Below are positions 50,620-60,597 of a DNA stretch of 64,000 nucleotides, one piece after another. The notes beneath the pieces were generated by a model. The model was not told where the DNA came from, did no database searches, and saw only the letters and a program-made list of their open reading frames with translations. The position numbers were made by a program, and so were the translations under genes. The stretch's first letter is position 1, and each line of letters starts with the position of its first letter. The stretch comes from a virus (lineage: Duplodnaviria; Caudoviricetes), in IMG/VR virus record IMGVR_UViG_3300035208_004923, positions 160,001 through 224,000 of that record; one strand, given 5' to 3'.

Positions 50620-50718
50620 GTAGACTAAATACTCAGGTAAACTCAGGTTATTCTCAGTTTACTTTAATTATACATTTCTATAGGTAAAAACTCAGGTTAT
50701 TCTCAGTCGCTAGTCTAC
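50620..50718 (+). repeat. Non-coding element with two 20-bp direct repeats inside an 8-bp inverted repeat (small RNA or origin candidate)
   Basis: AAACTCAGGTTATTCTCAGT at 50639-50658 and 50688-50707, enclosed by GTAGACTA (50620-50627) and TAGTCTAC (50711-50718). Confidence 0.75.
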
Positions 50719-50723
50719 ACTAG

Positions 50724-51281
50724 TTAAACTTTTACTGTATTAATTGAAACATTAGGTATTGATTCTTCTAATGATTTAGCCATTTGCAGATTCTCTGCAT
50801 TATCATCAAAAAAGGTTAAATCTTTATAGCCTTGTTTAATCAATCTTATAATAGCTTCCTGTTTTCGTTCTGCAGTACTACCTTGTAAATTCCATTTAGG
50901 ATCTCCAATTGCAATTACCAATTGTGGAAGAATATCAATTTTATGATATAGAAAAAATTCTCTAATCATATCAGATTTTTGTCTAGCAGTAAGTATACAT
51001 ATGTGTGTGCCTTTTTGGTATTCGTGTTTAAGCAATAACATGTATTTTGTTAATTTGGATTTTCGTAATATGCCATAATCCTGGAAATCATCAAAGTTCA
51101 ATATTCTGCCTTCCTTTTCAACATACGTATTATATTCTGCAGGTGTTAATTCTTTAACCAAACTACCAGTTGCCGCATCCATTACTTTAATTTTTGCTTT
51201 ACTTATGACTAACGTGTCATCTAAATCAAATATCATTAATTTATCAGAACTTTTCCCTTTTATGTTAAATCCTTCGTTCAT
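50724..51281 (-). CDS. HAD-superfamily phosphatase
   Basis: FDLDDTL (motif I), LTAR (II), K (III) and FFDD (IV). Confidence 0.85.
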   Translation of the reverse strand: MNEGFNIKGKSSDKLMIFDLDDTLVISKAKIKVMDAATGSLVKELTPAEYNTYVEKEGRILNFDDFQDYGILRKSKLTKYMLLLKHEYQKGTHICILTARQKSDMIREFFLYHKIDILPQLVIAIGDPKWNLQGSTAERKQEAIIRLIKQGYKDLTFFDDNAENLQMAKSLEESIPNVSINTVKV

Positions 51282-51283
51282 TA

Positions 51284-52003
51284 TTAAATAGTTTTAAATG
51301 TTAATGATGGACTATAAATAGAACAATCATTTTCGTAATTTGCAAGTACTCTAATTTCATATGTTTCATCATAATCTAAATTATCGAAATGATATTTAGA
51401 TTCAGTTATATTTTCAATATATATCCATTCAGAATTTGCGGTATATAATTTTTTTCTGTATGATAGATTAAACGATACTGCATTTGTATTTTCATTTGTA
51501 AAATAAAAATCCAAAGAAACTGTGTTTGATGATCTTACAAGATTTGTTACATACAAATTATTTGGATAGTTTTTATTTAACGAATCGCTAATTATATATG
51601 CAAAATTGCACTTTAACAATTCATCAGCATCACTGTTTGCAATGTCTGTATTTGATAATACAGATATAAAAGTTGATATAGTATCAGTTGTTACATTAGT
51701 AACTTTTAGTACTACATCGTTTTCAGCATTAATATTAGGAAGTGTTTTATTACGAAATGCACATAATATTTCCTGTCCTATAAAAATTCTATTAGGCAAT
51801 ACATTAGAATTGCCATTGACATAATCTCCGGTAACTGTCAATAAATAACTTTTAACATTTTTTGGTACACCTGATGGACCTGTGACAGGTTGTTCTGTTA
51901 CAATTGAAACTGCAATGTCTAAATCATTCGCATTAATTAAACCGATGTTGCCATCACTATTAGCATTTTCAATAATAGTATATAAGTCGCCAATTTTTCT
52001 CAT
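51284..52003 (-). CDS. Structural protein with a C-terminal fibronectin type III domain
   Basis: NLDYDETYEIRVLA...S pattern. Confidence 0.65.
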   Translation of the reverse strand: MRKIGDLYTIIENANSDGNIGLINANDLDIAVSIVTEQPVTGPSGVPKNVKSYLLTVTGDYVNGNSNVLPNRIFIGQEILCAFRNKTLPNINAENDVVLKVTNVTTDTISTFISVLSNTDIANSDADELLKCNFAYIISDSLNKNYPNNLYVTNLVRSSNTVSLDFYFTNENTNAVSFNLSYRKKLYTANSEWIYIENITESKYHFDNLDYDETYEIRVLANYENDCSIYSPSLTFKTI

Positions 52004-55000
52004 TATCGTACATTTATTAAACCTTGTTTTGTTGTTACTGCTGAGTTACCATTTATATCGAATATTTCTAATGATACATCATATGCACCTTCCTTTGTAA
52101 ACGTCCAAATTAAATGTTCCTTTGTAACTACGCATTCATCAAGTTTTGTTTCGTGATTTGTTATTGTCCATTTATATGAATTTTTACCAGCGATTTTTGA
52201 GTTCGTTGCAATAAAGAATAACGTTGTCATTCTTTTAATATTCATTATTGTTCTTGACGCAATTAAATCATCCCATGTAAATGGGCTTGTTATTGCATAA
52301 TCATATAATAATCTATATGCATCAGCATATCTCCAATCAACACTGTTTATTAAAGATGGAAATTTAGCATATATAGTATCATTTAAATCTGCTGGTTCAT
52401 AATACAAGAATTTGTTTGCATTTGAATTATAAACGTATCGTTCAGATGGAATTACTGAATAATCAACTTTTTCGGCAGGATACCAACCTTTATTATCGGT
52501 ATGGTCATAGCCAAATTCATAATATGCTCGTGCAACAGGATTCCAATTTGCATATTTATTATCTAAACCATATATGTATGGATTAACCCAATTGCTCCAA
52601 TTACCAACAGGATATGTATGACTATAATTTGGGTCTGCATATTTACCTAATACTCCATTTGCAAATTGTAAATATCCTAAATAGTATATGCCTTCGCCTT
52701 TTGCTGTTGCGTTTATTTTATAAGTTATCGGCGAACCTACTGCGGATAAAGAATATCTGAATCTTTGAAGACCTTCGTTTTCAGTTGAATTTAATTCATC
52801 AACAGCAGCGATAAACTGTTCTTCTAATGTGCCATTAACAGGTATTGTCTTAAATTCAAAAAATGGCAATTCATTGAATTGTATTCTGCCGTTAGGTTTA
52901 ACCATCATAATTTCAAATTCACATAATGGTGCTTTGTTATATTCTAACATATTCCAAGTCAAATGACTACAGTCATCCCATGTAACTTCATCGAAATTAT
53001 CCCATGTATATATGTCAGTACCGTATCTGTTACGTGCATAATCTTCATCAAAAGTAATATAACTCATGTCAAAATCAGGTGACATATAATATAATTCAGA
53101 ATGCGTATCATCCAATGTTAATAACGTATTGTCATTTTCAAATCCTATGTTTGTTACAAGTAATGAGAAAGATCCATCATTAATAATGTAATCGAATCTC
53201 CAATCATTACTATCATACGCAAATTGTGCATTATAAGGGTAATCATTAAAATTCAAGAAAACTGTATTAGCATTTTCGTTATTATCAATAAAGTGTCTAA
53301 GTTTTACTGTAAACGACCAATATTCATATGAAATTTCATTTGTTGAACCTACCATAATGCCCATGTCATTATCAATTTCGATAACATCAAGTATTGTATT
53401 TGTGCCATCATATCGAATATGCTGAACATGCAATGATTGCTCTATAGGACCATAAGAAGTATTAGAAATAACTTTAATTATTGAAAACCCTGGTATTAAT
53501 TCATCGTAAGTAACGTTATCAAAAATATCAGTTGCTATAAATGGTAATGTTACAGTTTTGGTTTCAGCATTGAATGCAAAATTTCCATTAGATATTGTTC
53601 TTAATTTGTAAACTTTGCCATATTCAGATTTAACTTTATTTATTGCAACATCAGTATTTATTGCAACAATGTTTGATGATTCTGCAACAGTACCTGTTAT
53701 TAGAATATTAGAAACAACTGGCACATTAATCGAATCTTGTTCAAAAATTGCATATTCGCCAACAGCAATACCTTCATTATTATTATTTACTTTTGAAATA
53801 TCACCTTCAATTAAAACAGTACCGCCAACTTCTCGAAGTAAATCCCAATTCGTATTCACCCCTCTAGGTATGCTATCACATACTACAGTTGTTTCGCCTT
53901 CGATTGAATAATCAGCAGATAATACACCGGCTCTGTATATGATTTCATCACTCCGTAAGTAAACAAAATCTTGTGGAATTCCATTAATTGCATTTCTTAA
54001 TTTTGGCGTAACATATTGTCCGTCACAAATAATAGTATTTAATGAAACTCTGGTAATATTACCAACGTAACGATCTTTTTCTGAAATTCTTATTATTTTT
54101 CTTTTTTGATTTTGTATGAAAGGTTTTTCTTGGTCTTTATATTTTGATATATCCAAGTCATCCCATGTTAATCCATCCAAGTCATCCCATGTTACATCAT
54201 TTGCAATTGCAGGATTTCTCCATTGGCAATTCATTTCATCCCAAGTAGTATTTGGTAATTCATCCCACGTAAGTACAGTATTTAAAGAACGGCCAAATGC
54301 AATAAAATCAACATTAGGCAATGAAACAATTAATGTTTTTCTTTTTCTAACTGAATGATTTGTCAAGTCATATAAAATACATGTGATATTATACTCGCCA
54401 ATGTATGGTAAGTCAACGTAGACATTTTTATATGTCGATATTTTGCCTCTTACGTTATATGTAAATTTGCCTTTTGTTGAATGTTCAACAAGCCATTCAA
54501 CTTCATACATTTCTTTTTGAGCAATATCGTCCCATGTGGTTGCTACTAAATCGTCCCATGTTACAGGACAATCGTCCCATGCAAGTATAAAGTCATTTAA
54601 TATCAATTCAGTTCTACACGCAATTGGTCCAGCATTATTTTTAAATGGTCCAGCATTCATAAAATTATTTAGGAATATGTCCTTTAGCGTAGATATATTT
54701 GTGTCATCAGATGGTTGTTCAACATTTGGTTCTCCATAGTTTTGAAGATCCGTTATTAAACCATCATTTGCATTTATTGCAAAGTCTACCGTATCATTTC
54801 TGTTAATTTCATATGCAACAACATCATCTTTCCAAATGTTTACTGCCCATCTATCGAAATAGATACCTTCGCCAACAATATCAATTATTCTTGCATTTAA
54901 TGGCATGAATTTATTTTTCAAATATTCACGTAATGCAAATAATTTTATGATAACTTCATCTTCACTGAACATGAAAGCATCTTCGGTAATTGGCATTCCA

Positions 55001-56643
55001 TAAATATCATATTCACCAGATTCTTTTGTTATATCGTAGAAAAGACCGAATAAATTTGTTTTCTTCCAAACGTTATTTGGTAGCATTTCTTCTGATTGCC
55101 AATGCTTACCTTTTTGTGCAAGTTGCATCGGTATTTCAATTTGTTTGAAATATTGTTCTTGGATAGAAATGATTTCATCTTGTTCCATTGGCATAGGAAC
55201 AGTTGTTTGAATTGCTTGTATAACTTTTAATGAATCTAAATCATTTGACAAAACATTTTTACCTGTTGTTGGTTCTTGTATGTCTGAATTAATTTGGTAT
55301 ACACGTTTTCCTGTTATTCCTCTAGATTCCTCAGTTTTCATAAACGGTGTCAAGTTTCCGTTTTCTTTACTATTAAAATCAACATTATCTTCTCCGAATC
55401 TGCCAATTATTTCTGAATCTTCAGCTGGTAATGGGAATCCTTGTTTATTTAAAGAATTTGGCAATGGCTTAAATGAATTACCAAAACTATGTAATGAAGT
55501 TAAATCAATTGGCAAATTTGTAGATGCACTCATTGATGCCAATGAGTTTTTTGTTTTTAACTTTTGCGTTTTTTTCGCATTAAGCCAATATTCTTTTAAT
55601 CGAGTATCGCCATATCCAAAATAATTTATGATATTTATTAATGCTTTATACGATCCTATATATGGGAAAATATTATGATATTCTAAAAGCATTTCTTTTC
55701 TTTTTGCATTTAATAACAAAAAGTTAGGTAATTCTTCGTTAATATCTGAGTCTCTGAATATCTTTAATTCTTGAAGATTTACCTGTATGCCAAAATTTTC
55801 TAGCATCAATTTTAAACGTTCATCTTCACCTATTATTTCTGCTCTGAATTTTATCGTAGCATAAATGTAATCATTTCCTTGCACTGTTTCATATATAGAT
55901 AATGATCTTTCAAATATTCCTTCTACTTCAGATTTAACAGATACGTTAAATGAAATTGCATTACTTTTATTTAATATGATATTTCTTTTTCCGTTAAAAA
56001 CTTCATCTGATAAACCATCATCAATAATCGCAGTTGATACATTTACAATATTTACGAACGGCCGTTCATCACTTGTGTAATCAATATCAAATAATGAAAT
56101 TTCATCTTCTGTGTTATCTTCAAATTTGCCATTTAAAGATGTTGTAACAGTATTAAAAATATCTTTGTATGTTCTTGGAGATGTATAAACGCTTTCTTGT
56201 GAATTTATATCTGTCATTTCTTCTAGCATATAAATCTGCGCAGTTTCGATTAAACCTGTAGAGATTTTTGGCGTATAAACATCGCCCGTGTAAACATACG
56301 ATGGATAACAAAAACCTGTAGGATTTGCAGGCAATTGAATACTTAAGATTTCACCATCAGGACCTAACATTATAAAATCAGCAGAATCAATTAAATAAAC
56401 AGTCCCAGTGTCTTTATCATTTATAGTGATTGTGAGTTTATCGTTATATTTTGTTCCACCTTTTACAATATGAAATAATTCGATATTTCCATAAACATTA
56501 GTGACAACCTCAATTTTTGCATCAGCATAGTCAACAACCGTATCGTCATTTCGATTAACTGTAACCGTAACATATTCTTCTTTGTTAAGATTAAGTTTCT
56601 TTCCGTATTTGTCGAAAAAATGTAAATTGTGATATAATATCAT
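52003..56643 (-). CDS. Large baseplate wedge-like protein (gp7-like) with PKD-type domains and TWDD repeats
   Basis: YIGSYKALINIINYFGY wedge-like motif, C-terminal WTF.KEG.YDVSL PKD pattern, and position downstream of gp25 and gp6. Confidence 0.65.
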   Translation of the reverse strand: MILYHNLHFFDKYGKKLNLNKEEYVTVTVNRNDDTVVDYADAKIEVVTNVYGNIELFHIVKGGTKYNDKLTITINDKDTGTVYLIDSADFIMLGPDGEILSIQLPANPTGFCYPSYVYTGDVYTPKISTGLIETAQIYMLEEMTDINSQESVYTSPRTYKDIFNTVTTSLNGKFEDNTEDEISLFDIDYTSDERPFVNIVNVSTAIIDDGLSDEVFNGKRNIILNKSNAISFNVSVKSEVEGIFERSLSIYETVQGNDYIYATIKFRAEIIGEDERLKLMLENFGIQVNLQELKIFRDSDINEELPNFLLLNAKRKEMLLEYHNIFPYIGSYKALINIINYFGYGDTRLKEYWLNAKKTQKLKTKNSLASMSASTNLPIDLTSLHSFGNSFKPLPNSLNKQGFPLPAEDSEIIGRFGEDNVDFNSKENGNLTPFMKTEESRGITGKRVYQINSDIQEPTTGKNVLSNDLDSLKVIQAIQTTVPMPMEQDEIISIQEQYFKQIEIPMQLAQKGKHWQSEEMLPNNVWKKTNLFGLFYDITKESGEYDIYGMPITEDAFMFSEDEVIIKLFALREYLKNKFMPLNARIIDIVGEGIYFDRWAVNIWKDDVVAYEINRNDTVDFAINANDGLITDLQNYGEPNVEQPSDDTNISTLKDIFLNNFMNAGPFKNNAGPIACRTELILNDFILAWDDCPVTWDDLVATTWDDIAQKEMYEVEWLVEHSTKGKFTYNVRGKISTYKNVYVDLPYIGEYNITCILYDLTNHSVRKRKTLIVSLPNVDFIAFGRSLNTVLTWDELPNTTWDEMNCQWRNPAIANDVTWDDLDGLTWDDLDISKYKDQEKPFIQNQKRKIIRISEKDRYVGNITRVSLNTIICDGQYVTPKLRNAINGIPQDFVYLRSDEIIYRAGVLSADYSIEGETTVVCDSIPRGVNTNWDLLREVGGTVLIEGDISKVNNNNEGIAVGEYAIFEQDSINVPVVSNILITGTVAESSNIVAINTDVAINKVKSEYGKVYKLRTISNGNFAFNAETKTVTLPFIATDIFDNVTYDELIPGFSIIKVISNTSYGPIEQSLHVQHIRYDGTNTILDVIEIDNDMGIMVGSTNEISYEYWSFTVKLRHFIDNNENANTVFLNFNDYPYNAQFAYDSNDWRFDYIINDGSFSLLVTNIGFENDNTLLTLDDTHSELYYMSPDFDMSYITFDEDYARNRYGTDIYTWDNFDEVTWDDCSHLTWNMLEYNKAPLCEFEIMMVKPNGRIQFNELPFFEFKTIPVNGTLEEQFIAAVDELNSTENEGLQRFRYSLSAVGSPITYKINATAKGEGIYYLGYLQFANGVLGKYADPNYSHTYPVGNWSNWVNPYIYGLDNKYANWNPVARAYYEFGYDHTDNKGWYPAEKVDYSVIPSERYVYNSNANKFLYYEPADLNDTIYAKFPSLINSVDWRYADAYRLLYDYAITSPFTWDDLIASRTIMNIKRMTTLFFIATNSKIAGKNSYKWTITNHETKLDECVVTKEHLIWTFTKEGAYDVSLEIFDINGNSAVTTKQGLINVR

Positions 56644-56685
56644 TGTATCTTATTGATTATTTAATTATATATTCCACAAAAAATA

Positions 56686-56707
56686 AAGGGACATTTTATT
56701 GTCCCTT
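56686..56707 (-). terminator. Intrinsic terminator
   Basis: AAGGGACA-ttttat-TGTCCCTT followed by T-rich sequence on the minus strand. Confidence 0.65.
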
Positions 56708-56710
56708 CGT

Positions 56711-56977
56711 TTATCGCATTTTGATATGATTTTTATTTATTGCGTAGTTTCTGAATTTCTTTATATATTTAATTGAGTCAATAACGTATGATAGTAAATC
56801 GTCAAATGATTGAAGAATTCCAGTTTTCCGTGGGTCATCAAAATAAATTTTAGAAATTGAACGTTCAAATAATTTACCATGATAATCAAATCCGTAATTT
56901 TGTACGTCATCTTGAAAATGTTCTGCTACTTCAAAATAACTTGGTCTATTTGCATACTTATTATTTTTTGTTGCCAT
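56711..56977 (-). CDS. Small hypothetical protein (baseplate operon)
   Basis: 88 aa, translationally coupled to the gp6-like gene. Confidence 0.6.
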   Translation of the reverse strand: MATKNNKYANRPSYFEVAEHFQDDVQNYGFDYHGKLFERSISKIYFDDPRKTGILQSFDDLLSYVIDSIKYIKKFRNYAINKNHIKMR

Positions 56978-58662
56978 TACTTCTTAAGTTTATCCATATT
57001 AGCTTGATGCTTAGTCGCACTATATGATTTAGGTGTTATTTTTTCAAATATGATGTTTACCGGGCCTGGTTTAGAATTATCAATAACATCATTTATAACG
57101 ATTCCATTTCTATCTTTCCAACCGCCACGAATTAATGGCATTTCATTACGAGTTACAATGATATCTCCAAATTCATCAAGACCTAAATCTTGAGCGTTAA
57201 TATCATTTGCTTTAGATTGTTCGTTTTCTTCTGAAACAAACCAAATGTTTACACTATCAACGCCTTCAATGTTTTCGATTATTGCAATTAAGTCAGATTT
57301 TGGTATTCTATCACGTCGTTGATTTTTTAAAAGATAGTCCGATAATTTTGATACAATTTGGTCTTTAATCAAATCAGTACTATAATTTTCAAAAGTTATT
57401 AATGAAATGTTTATTGCGTATCTTTTAACAATTGGGTCAATAATTTGATTTACTACTGTTAAAACTTTTTGTCCGCTTTGTTCAATAAGATCATATATTT
57501 TTTTCTTTTCATCTTCAGATAATAAAAAATTTGATTGCGGAACGTTAAAGTAGTTTTCGTTTGCTCTTTTTCTTTTGTTAATGTCAGGCACTAAAAATAA
57601 ATACACAACATTATCATCAGCTGGATTGCTGTCATTGAATGTTGTATAAGCATCTATGTATGAAAAGTAATTAAACTTTTCTAAAAAGTATTCATAATTA
57701 ACAGTATTTGCTAATACATAATTTCTTGAGTTATGTGGAGCAATTAATTGTGTAAGATTTGTTGGTTCAGACGCAGAGCCAAAAGAAATACTTGTTTCTG
57801 CTGTAACTGTTACTGCATCGGTCATTGTAACTTCATTTCCTAACGCATCATAACCAACAGAATCGAATGTCCATCCAGAAGCATTTGATGTGCCTATGTT
57901 ACCTTCACCACCTGCAGTTACCAAGTATTGTATTTTTATTTCAACACCATAACCAGGTATTGCGCCATAATATCCATTGCCAAAGAAAACATCAATTCCT
58001 TCAGTTAATGATGTTTTTACTATGCAGCCTTTTGTTCCGTATGACATATCAGATAAACTGTCGTATATTTGCCATTCTTCAGAATTTACAAATACTTTAA
58101 CTTCATGCATATCAATATCTTTACCTTTTGCAGGAACAACATTGAATGAAAATAATTTATCGCCGTCACCGTATCTTCTTTGTGTTTCGATTTCACCTTG
58201 TTTAACATTTGCAATAAAAAAAGATCTTGGCTCCATTAATAAACGTGTATCTTCAGAAGGAAGGAATATAGTATAAGGTAATCCATTTTCTTTGCATGCA
58301 ACTTTACTAAAATTAGGAATAATTAAAGGGTTGCCATACATGTCAACCGATTCTTTATACGTAACACGAATAGTACCAGTTGCTGCAATTGCTCGTGTAG
58401 GATTATGTCCAGTTAAACGTGCTGCTCCATAAATAGAATTTTTCCTTGTTGCTGTTTGTATGTTTAACTCAGTTATTGAATCTTCGATATAATAAAACAT
58501 CAGTTGGCCCATATTCAAAATTACCTGAAGTAATTGACCGTATGGTGAAGCAACAGAAAAAACTTGTCCTGATTGTTGATACGTATCCGCAAGATAATGT
58601 ATAGCATCTTTATACATTTCATCGAACTTTATTCTATTTAGTTTGAAAATTTTTAATTCCAT
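56977..58662 (-). CDS. Baseplate wedge subunit (T4 gp6 / baseplate J-like)
   Basis: ELNIQTATRKNSIYGAARLTGHNP, FFGNGYYGAIP, YLVTAGGEGN and IEGVDSV patterns. Confidence 0.8.
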   Translation of the reverse strand: MELKIFKLNRIKFDEMYKDAIHYLADTYQQSGQVFSVASPYGQLLQVILNMGQLMFYYIEDSITELNIQTATRKNSIYGAARLTGHNPTRAIAATGTIRVTYKESVDMYGNPLIIPNFSKVACKENGLPYTIFLPSEDTRLLMEPRSFFIANVKQGEIETQRRYGDGDKLFSFNVVPAKGKDIDMHEVKVFVNSEEWQIYDSLSDMSYGTKGCIVKTSLTEGIDVFFGNGYYGAIPGYGVEIKIQYLVTAGGEGNIGTSNASGWTFDSVGYDALGNEVTMTDAVTVTAETSISFGSASEPTNLTQLIAPHNSRNYVLANTVNYEYFLEKFNYFSYIDAYTTFNDSNPADDNVVYLFLVPDINKRKRANENYFNVPQSNFLLSEDEKKKIYDLIEQSGQKVLTVVNQIIDPIVKRYAINISLITFENYSTDLIKDQIVSKLSDYLLKNQRRDRIPKSDLIAIIENIEGVDSVNIWFVSEENEQSKANDINAQDLGLDEFGDIIVTRNEMPLIRGGWKDRNGIVINDVIDNSKPGPVNIIFEKITPKSYSATKHQANMDKLKK

Positions 58663-58663
58663 T

Positions 58664-59026
58664 TTACTTTAATAATATTCCTATTGCAGGTGTTCCGTTT
58701 AGTTTTACGTCGATATAGCATATATCATTGGTTACACCTTGTTTAAATGAAATAACAACTTCTACATTAAAAAATTCCGATTCAGGAACGTATGTAGTTA
58801 TTTGTTGCAAAACCATCTTTTTCAAATCTTCGGCCGAAACTTTTGTTTCAAATACATAATCTTCAATACTTGTGCCAAAATCAGGTTCGCCTAAAACATC
58901 GCCTTTTCTTGTAAAAAGAATCATACGTATTTTAGAAAGAACGGCCTCATACAAATCACCATGTTCTAGTAATTCGGGTTGTATTGTTGGGTCATTTGCA
59001 GTTTTACAATAAATTTCTTTTAACAT
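58664..59026 (-). CDS. Baseplate wedge subunit, gp25-like
   Basis: ILFTRKGDVLGEPDFGTSIEDYVFE signature. Confidence 0.82.
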   Translation of the reverse strand: MLKEIYCKTANDPTIQPELLEHGDLYEAVLSKIRMILFTRKGDVLGEPDFGTSIEDYVFETKVSAEDLKKMVLQQITTYVPESEFFNVEVVISFKQGVTNDICYIDVKLNGTPAIGILLK

Positions 59027-59413
59027 TTATACTATAATTTTGTAAGCACCGTTTGCTTCTTTAAAACCTTTTTTTCTCATTACAGTAATTACAACAAGAA
59101 TTAATTCATTATTCTTTCTTGTAAGATTCGCAACAACATTTAAGTTATTTGCTGCATTTGAAATGCAATACTGTTTTCCAACAGTATCAATACCTTTTAA
59201 TTGTCTTTCTCCAATTTCTTCAATTGCTTTTTGTGTCGTATCTAAAATATCTTGGTTTGTAATTACATCACCGCCTTCATCTGTGTGACGAAACTTACGT
59301 TCTTCAGCATGTACAGTAGTATCAATTTCGATTTCAATTTTAATGTCATCGACTAGATTTCCTATTTTGCCTTCCGACATAAATTCATCAAAACTTGGTA
59401 TTCTTTTGTTCAT
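59027..59413 (-). CDS. Leader-motif protein with a possible RelE/DUF4258-like RNase fold
   Basis: MNKRIPSFDEFMSEG leader, TVHAEER and LVVITVMRK. Confidence 0.6.
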   Translation of the reverse strand: MNKRIPSFDEFMSEGKIGNLVDDIKIEIEIDTTVHAEERKFRHTDEGGDVITNQDILDTTQKAIEEIGERQLKGIDTVGKQYCISNAANNLNVVANLTRKNNELILVVITVMRKKGFKEANGAYKIIV

Positions 59414-59414
59414 G

Positions 59415-59543
59415 TTAAAAATTATTTTTTATGAATTGATAAATCTGCCATATTTTATTTTCTCTAAACCATTGCTTACAGTCTAAACAAAATATACGCC
59501 ATTTATCTTTTCGACTTATCTCTATTTTTTTCTTTTTTGCCAT
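59415..59543 (-). CDS. Possible 42 aa basic peptide with CxxC
   Basis: Manual translation gives MAKKKKIEISRKDKWRIFCLDCKQWFRENKIWQIYQFIKNNF, which fills the intergenic gap almost exactly. Confidence 0.45.
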   Translation of the reverse strand: MAKKKKIEISRKDKWRIFCLDCKQWFRENKIWQIYQFIKNNF

Positions 59544-59553
59544 TAAGACATTA

Positions 59554-59856
59554 TTAATAGTATTGTTCTTTTATAACTTTTATGGCTTCTTCGATTGCTG
59601 ACGATAATTCAGACTTAGTTAAGCCAACAGTGCCTAATGCTGTAAGAATTGCTGTTAATGATTTTTCTGCATCATTAATAACTTTTGTTGATGAATTCTC
59701 GTCAGCAGGTTTTGTCATTGTTCCTTCAGGTGTAACTTCTTCCTCATCAACAACTTTCTTTTCAGCTGATTGTTGTGGTTGTGTACTTTGTGCAGGAGTT
59801 GATTTTTGTGTTTCAATCCATTCGGCCATCGATGGAATTCTTTTTATTTCAGACAT
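59554..59856 (-). CDS. Hypothetical protein with the leader motif
   Basis: Begins MSEIKRIPSMAEWIE. Confidence 0.65.
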   Translation of the reverse strand: MSEIKRIPSMAEWIETQKSTPAQSTQPQQSAEKKVVDEEEVTPEGTMTKPADENSSTKVINDAEKSLTAILTALGTVGLTKSELSSAIEEAIKVIKEQYY

Positions 59857-59885
59857 AATGTATTTTATTTTATATATTCTTTACT

Positions 59886-60332
59886 TTATAATATCATAAA
59901 TTCAAATCTATATCCTGCCTTTAAACACGCAAGTTCTTTTAGATTATTTGTTTTCGATTGAATTTTATATGTAAAACTTGATTTGACTTCAATTATTTTT
60001 CTTTCAGATATGATATAGATATCTGGTATGTAACGATGATCTTTGCCATCAAGACCTTTATAATAAATTTTTCCGATAAACCTTGCAATTGCGTCATCAT
60101 CAACAACTATGTCAGATTCTGCATAATCATTTAAAAGTATGTCAAGTGCTTTAGGTTCTGAACCTTGTACCCACACATGTTTTCCTGATGGGAATGTATA
60201 TGATTTTTTTATAAATCTATTTCCATCATCTTTTTTGATTTCACCAGCACGCATCCATCCATCGTCGGGTCCTTCTCGATATGTCTTTGTGTTTCTGTGA
60301 ACAAATTCACTTGGTTTATCCTTTTCAAACAT
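59886..60332 (-). CDS. PD-(D/E)xK nuclease (TnsA/T4 gp4-like fold)
   Basis: HRYIPDIY...IIEVKS. Confidence 0.72.
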   Translation of the reverse strand: MFEKDKPSEFVHRNTKTYREGPDDGWMRAGEIKKDDGNRFIKKSYTFPSGKHVWVQGSEPKALDILLNDYAESDIVVDDDAIARFIGKIYYKGLDGKDHRYIPDIYIISERKIIEVKSSFTYKIQSKTNNLKELACLKAGYRFEFMIL

Positions 60333-60340
60333 AATTAATT

Positions 60341-60592
60341 TTATTCGTCTAATACGTCAATTGTTACACCAAATTCATCACGTAACATTTTACATGCTTT
60401 AATTTTATCTTCATCTTTTGCTGGACCACTTAAAGCAAATCTTTTACCATCGCCATCAATTGATACGATAATTTTTTTGTACCGCATGAAATTTTCCATG
60501 TACGAACATTGATTATTAACGCTTAAATCTCTGAAGTCGTGAATATTTTGTTCATTTATAAATTCTGTTAGCGTCGGTATTCTATTTTTCAT
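60341..60592 (-). CDS. Hypothetical protein with the leader motif
   Basis: Begins MKNRIPTLTEFINEQ. Confidence 0.7.
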   Translation of the reverse strand: MKNRIPTLTEFINEQNIHDFRDLSVNNQCSYMENFMRYKKIIVSIDGDGKRFALSGPAKDEDKIKACKMLRDEFGVTIDVLDE

Positions 60593-60597
60593 GTTTT

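Noticed and set aside
50620-50718. Mini-CRISPR array
   Set aside because: Only two 20-bp repeats with a 29-nt gap, shorter than typical repeats, and no cas genes in the window. Kept as an unexplained element instead.
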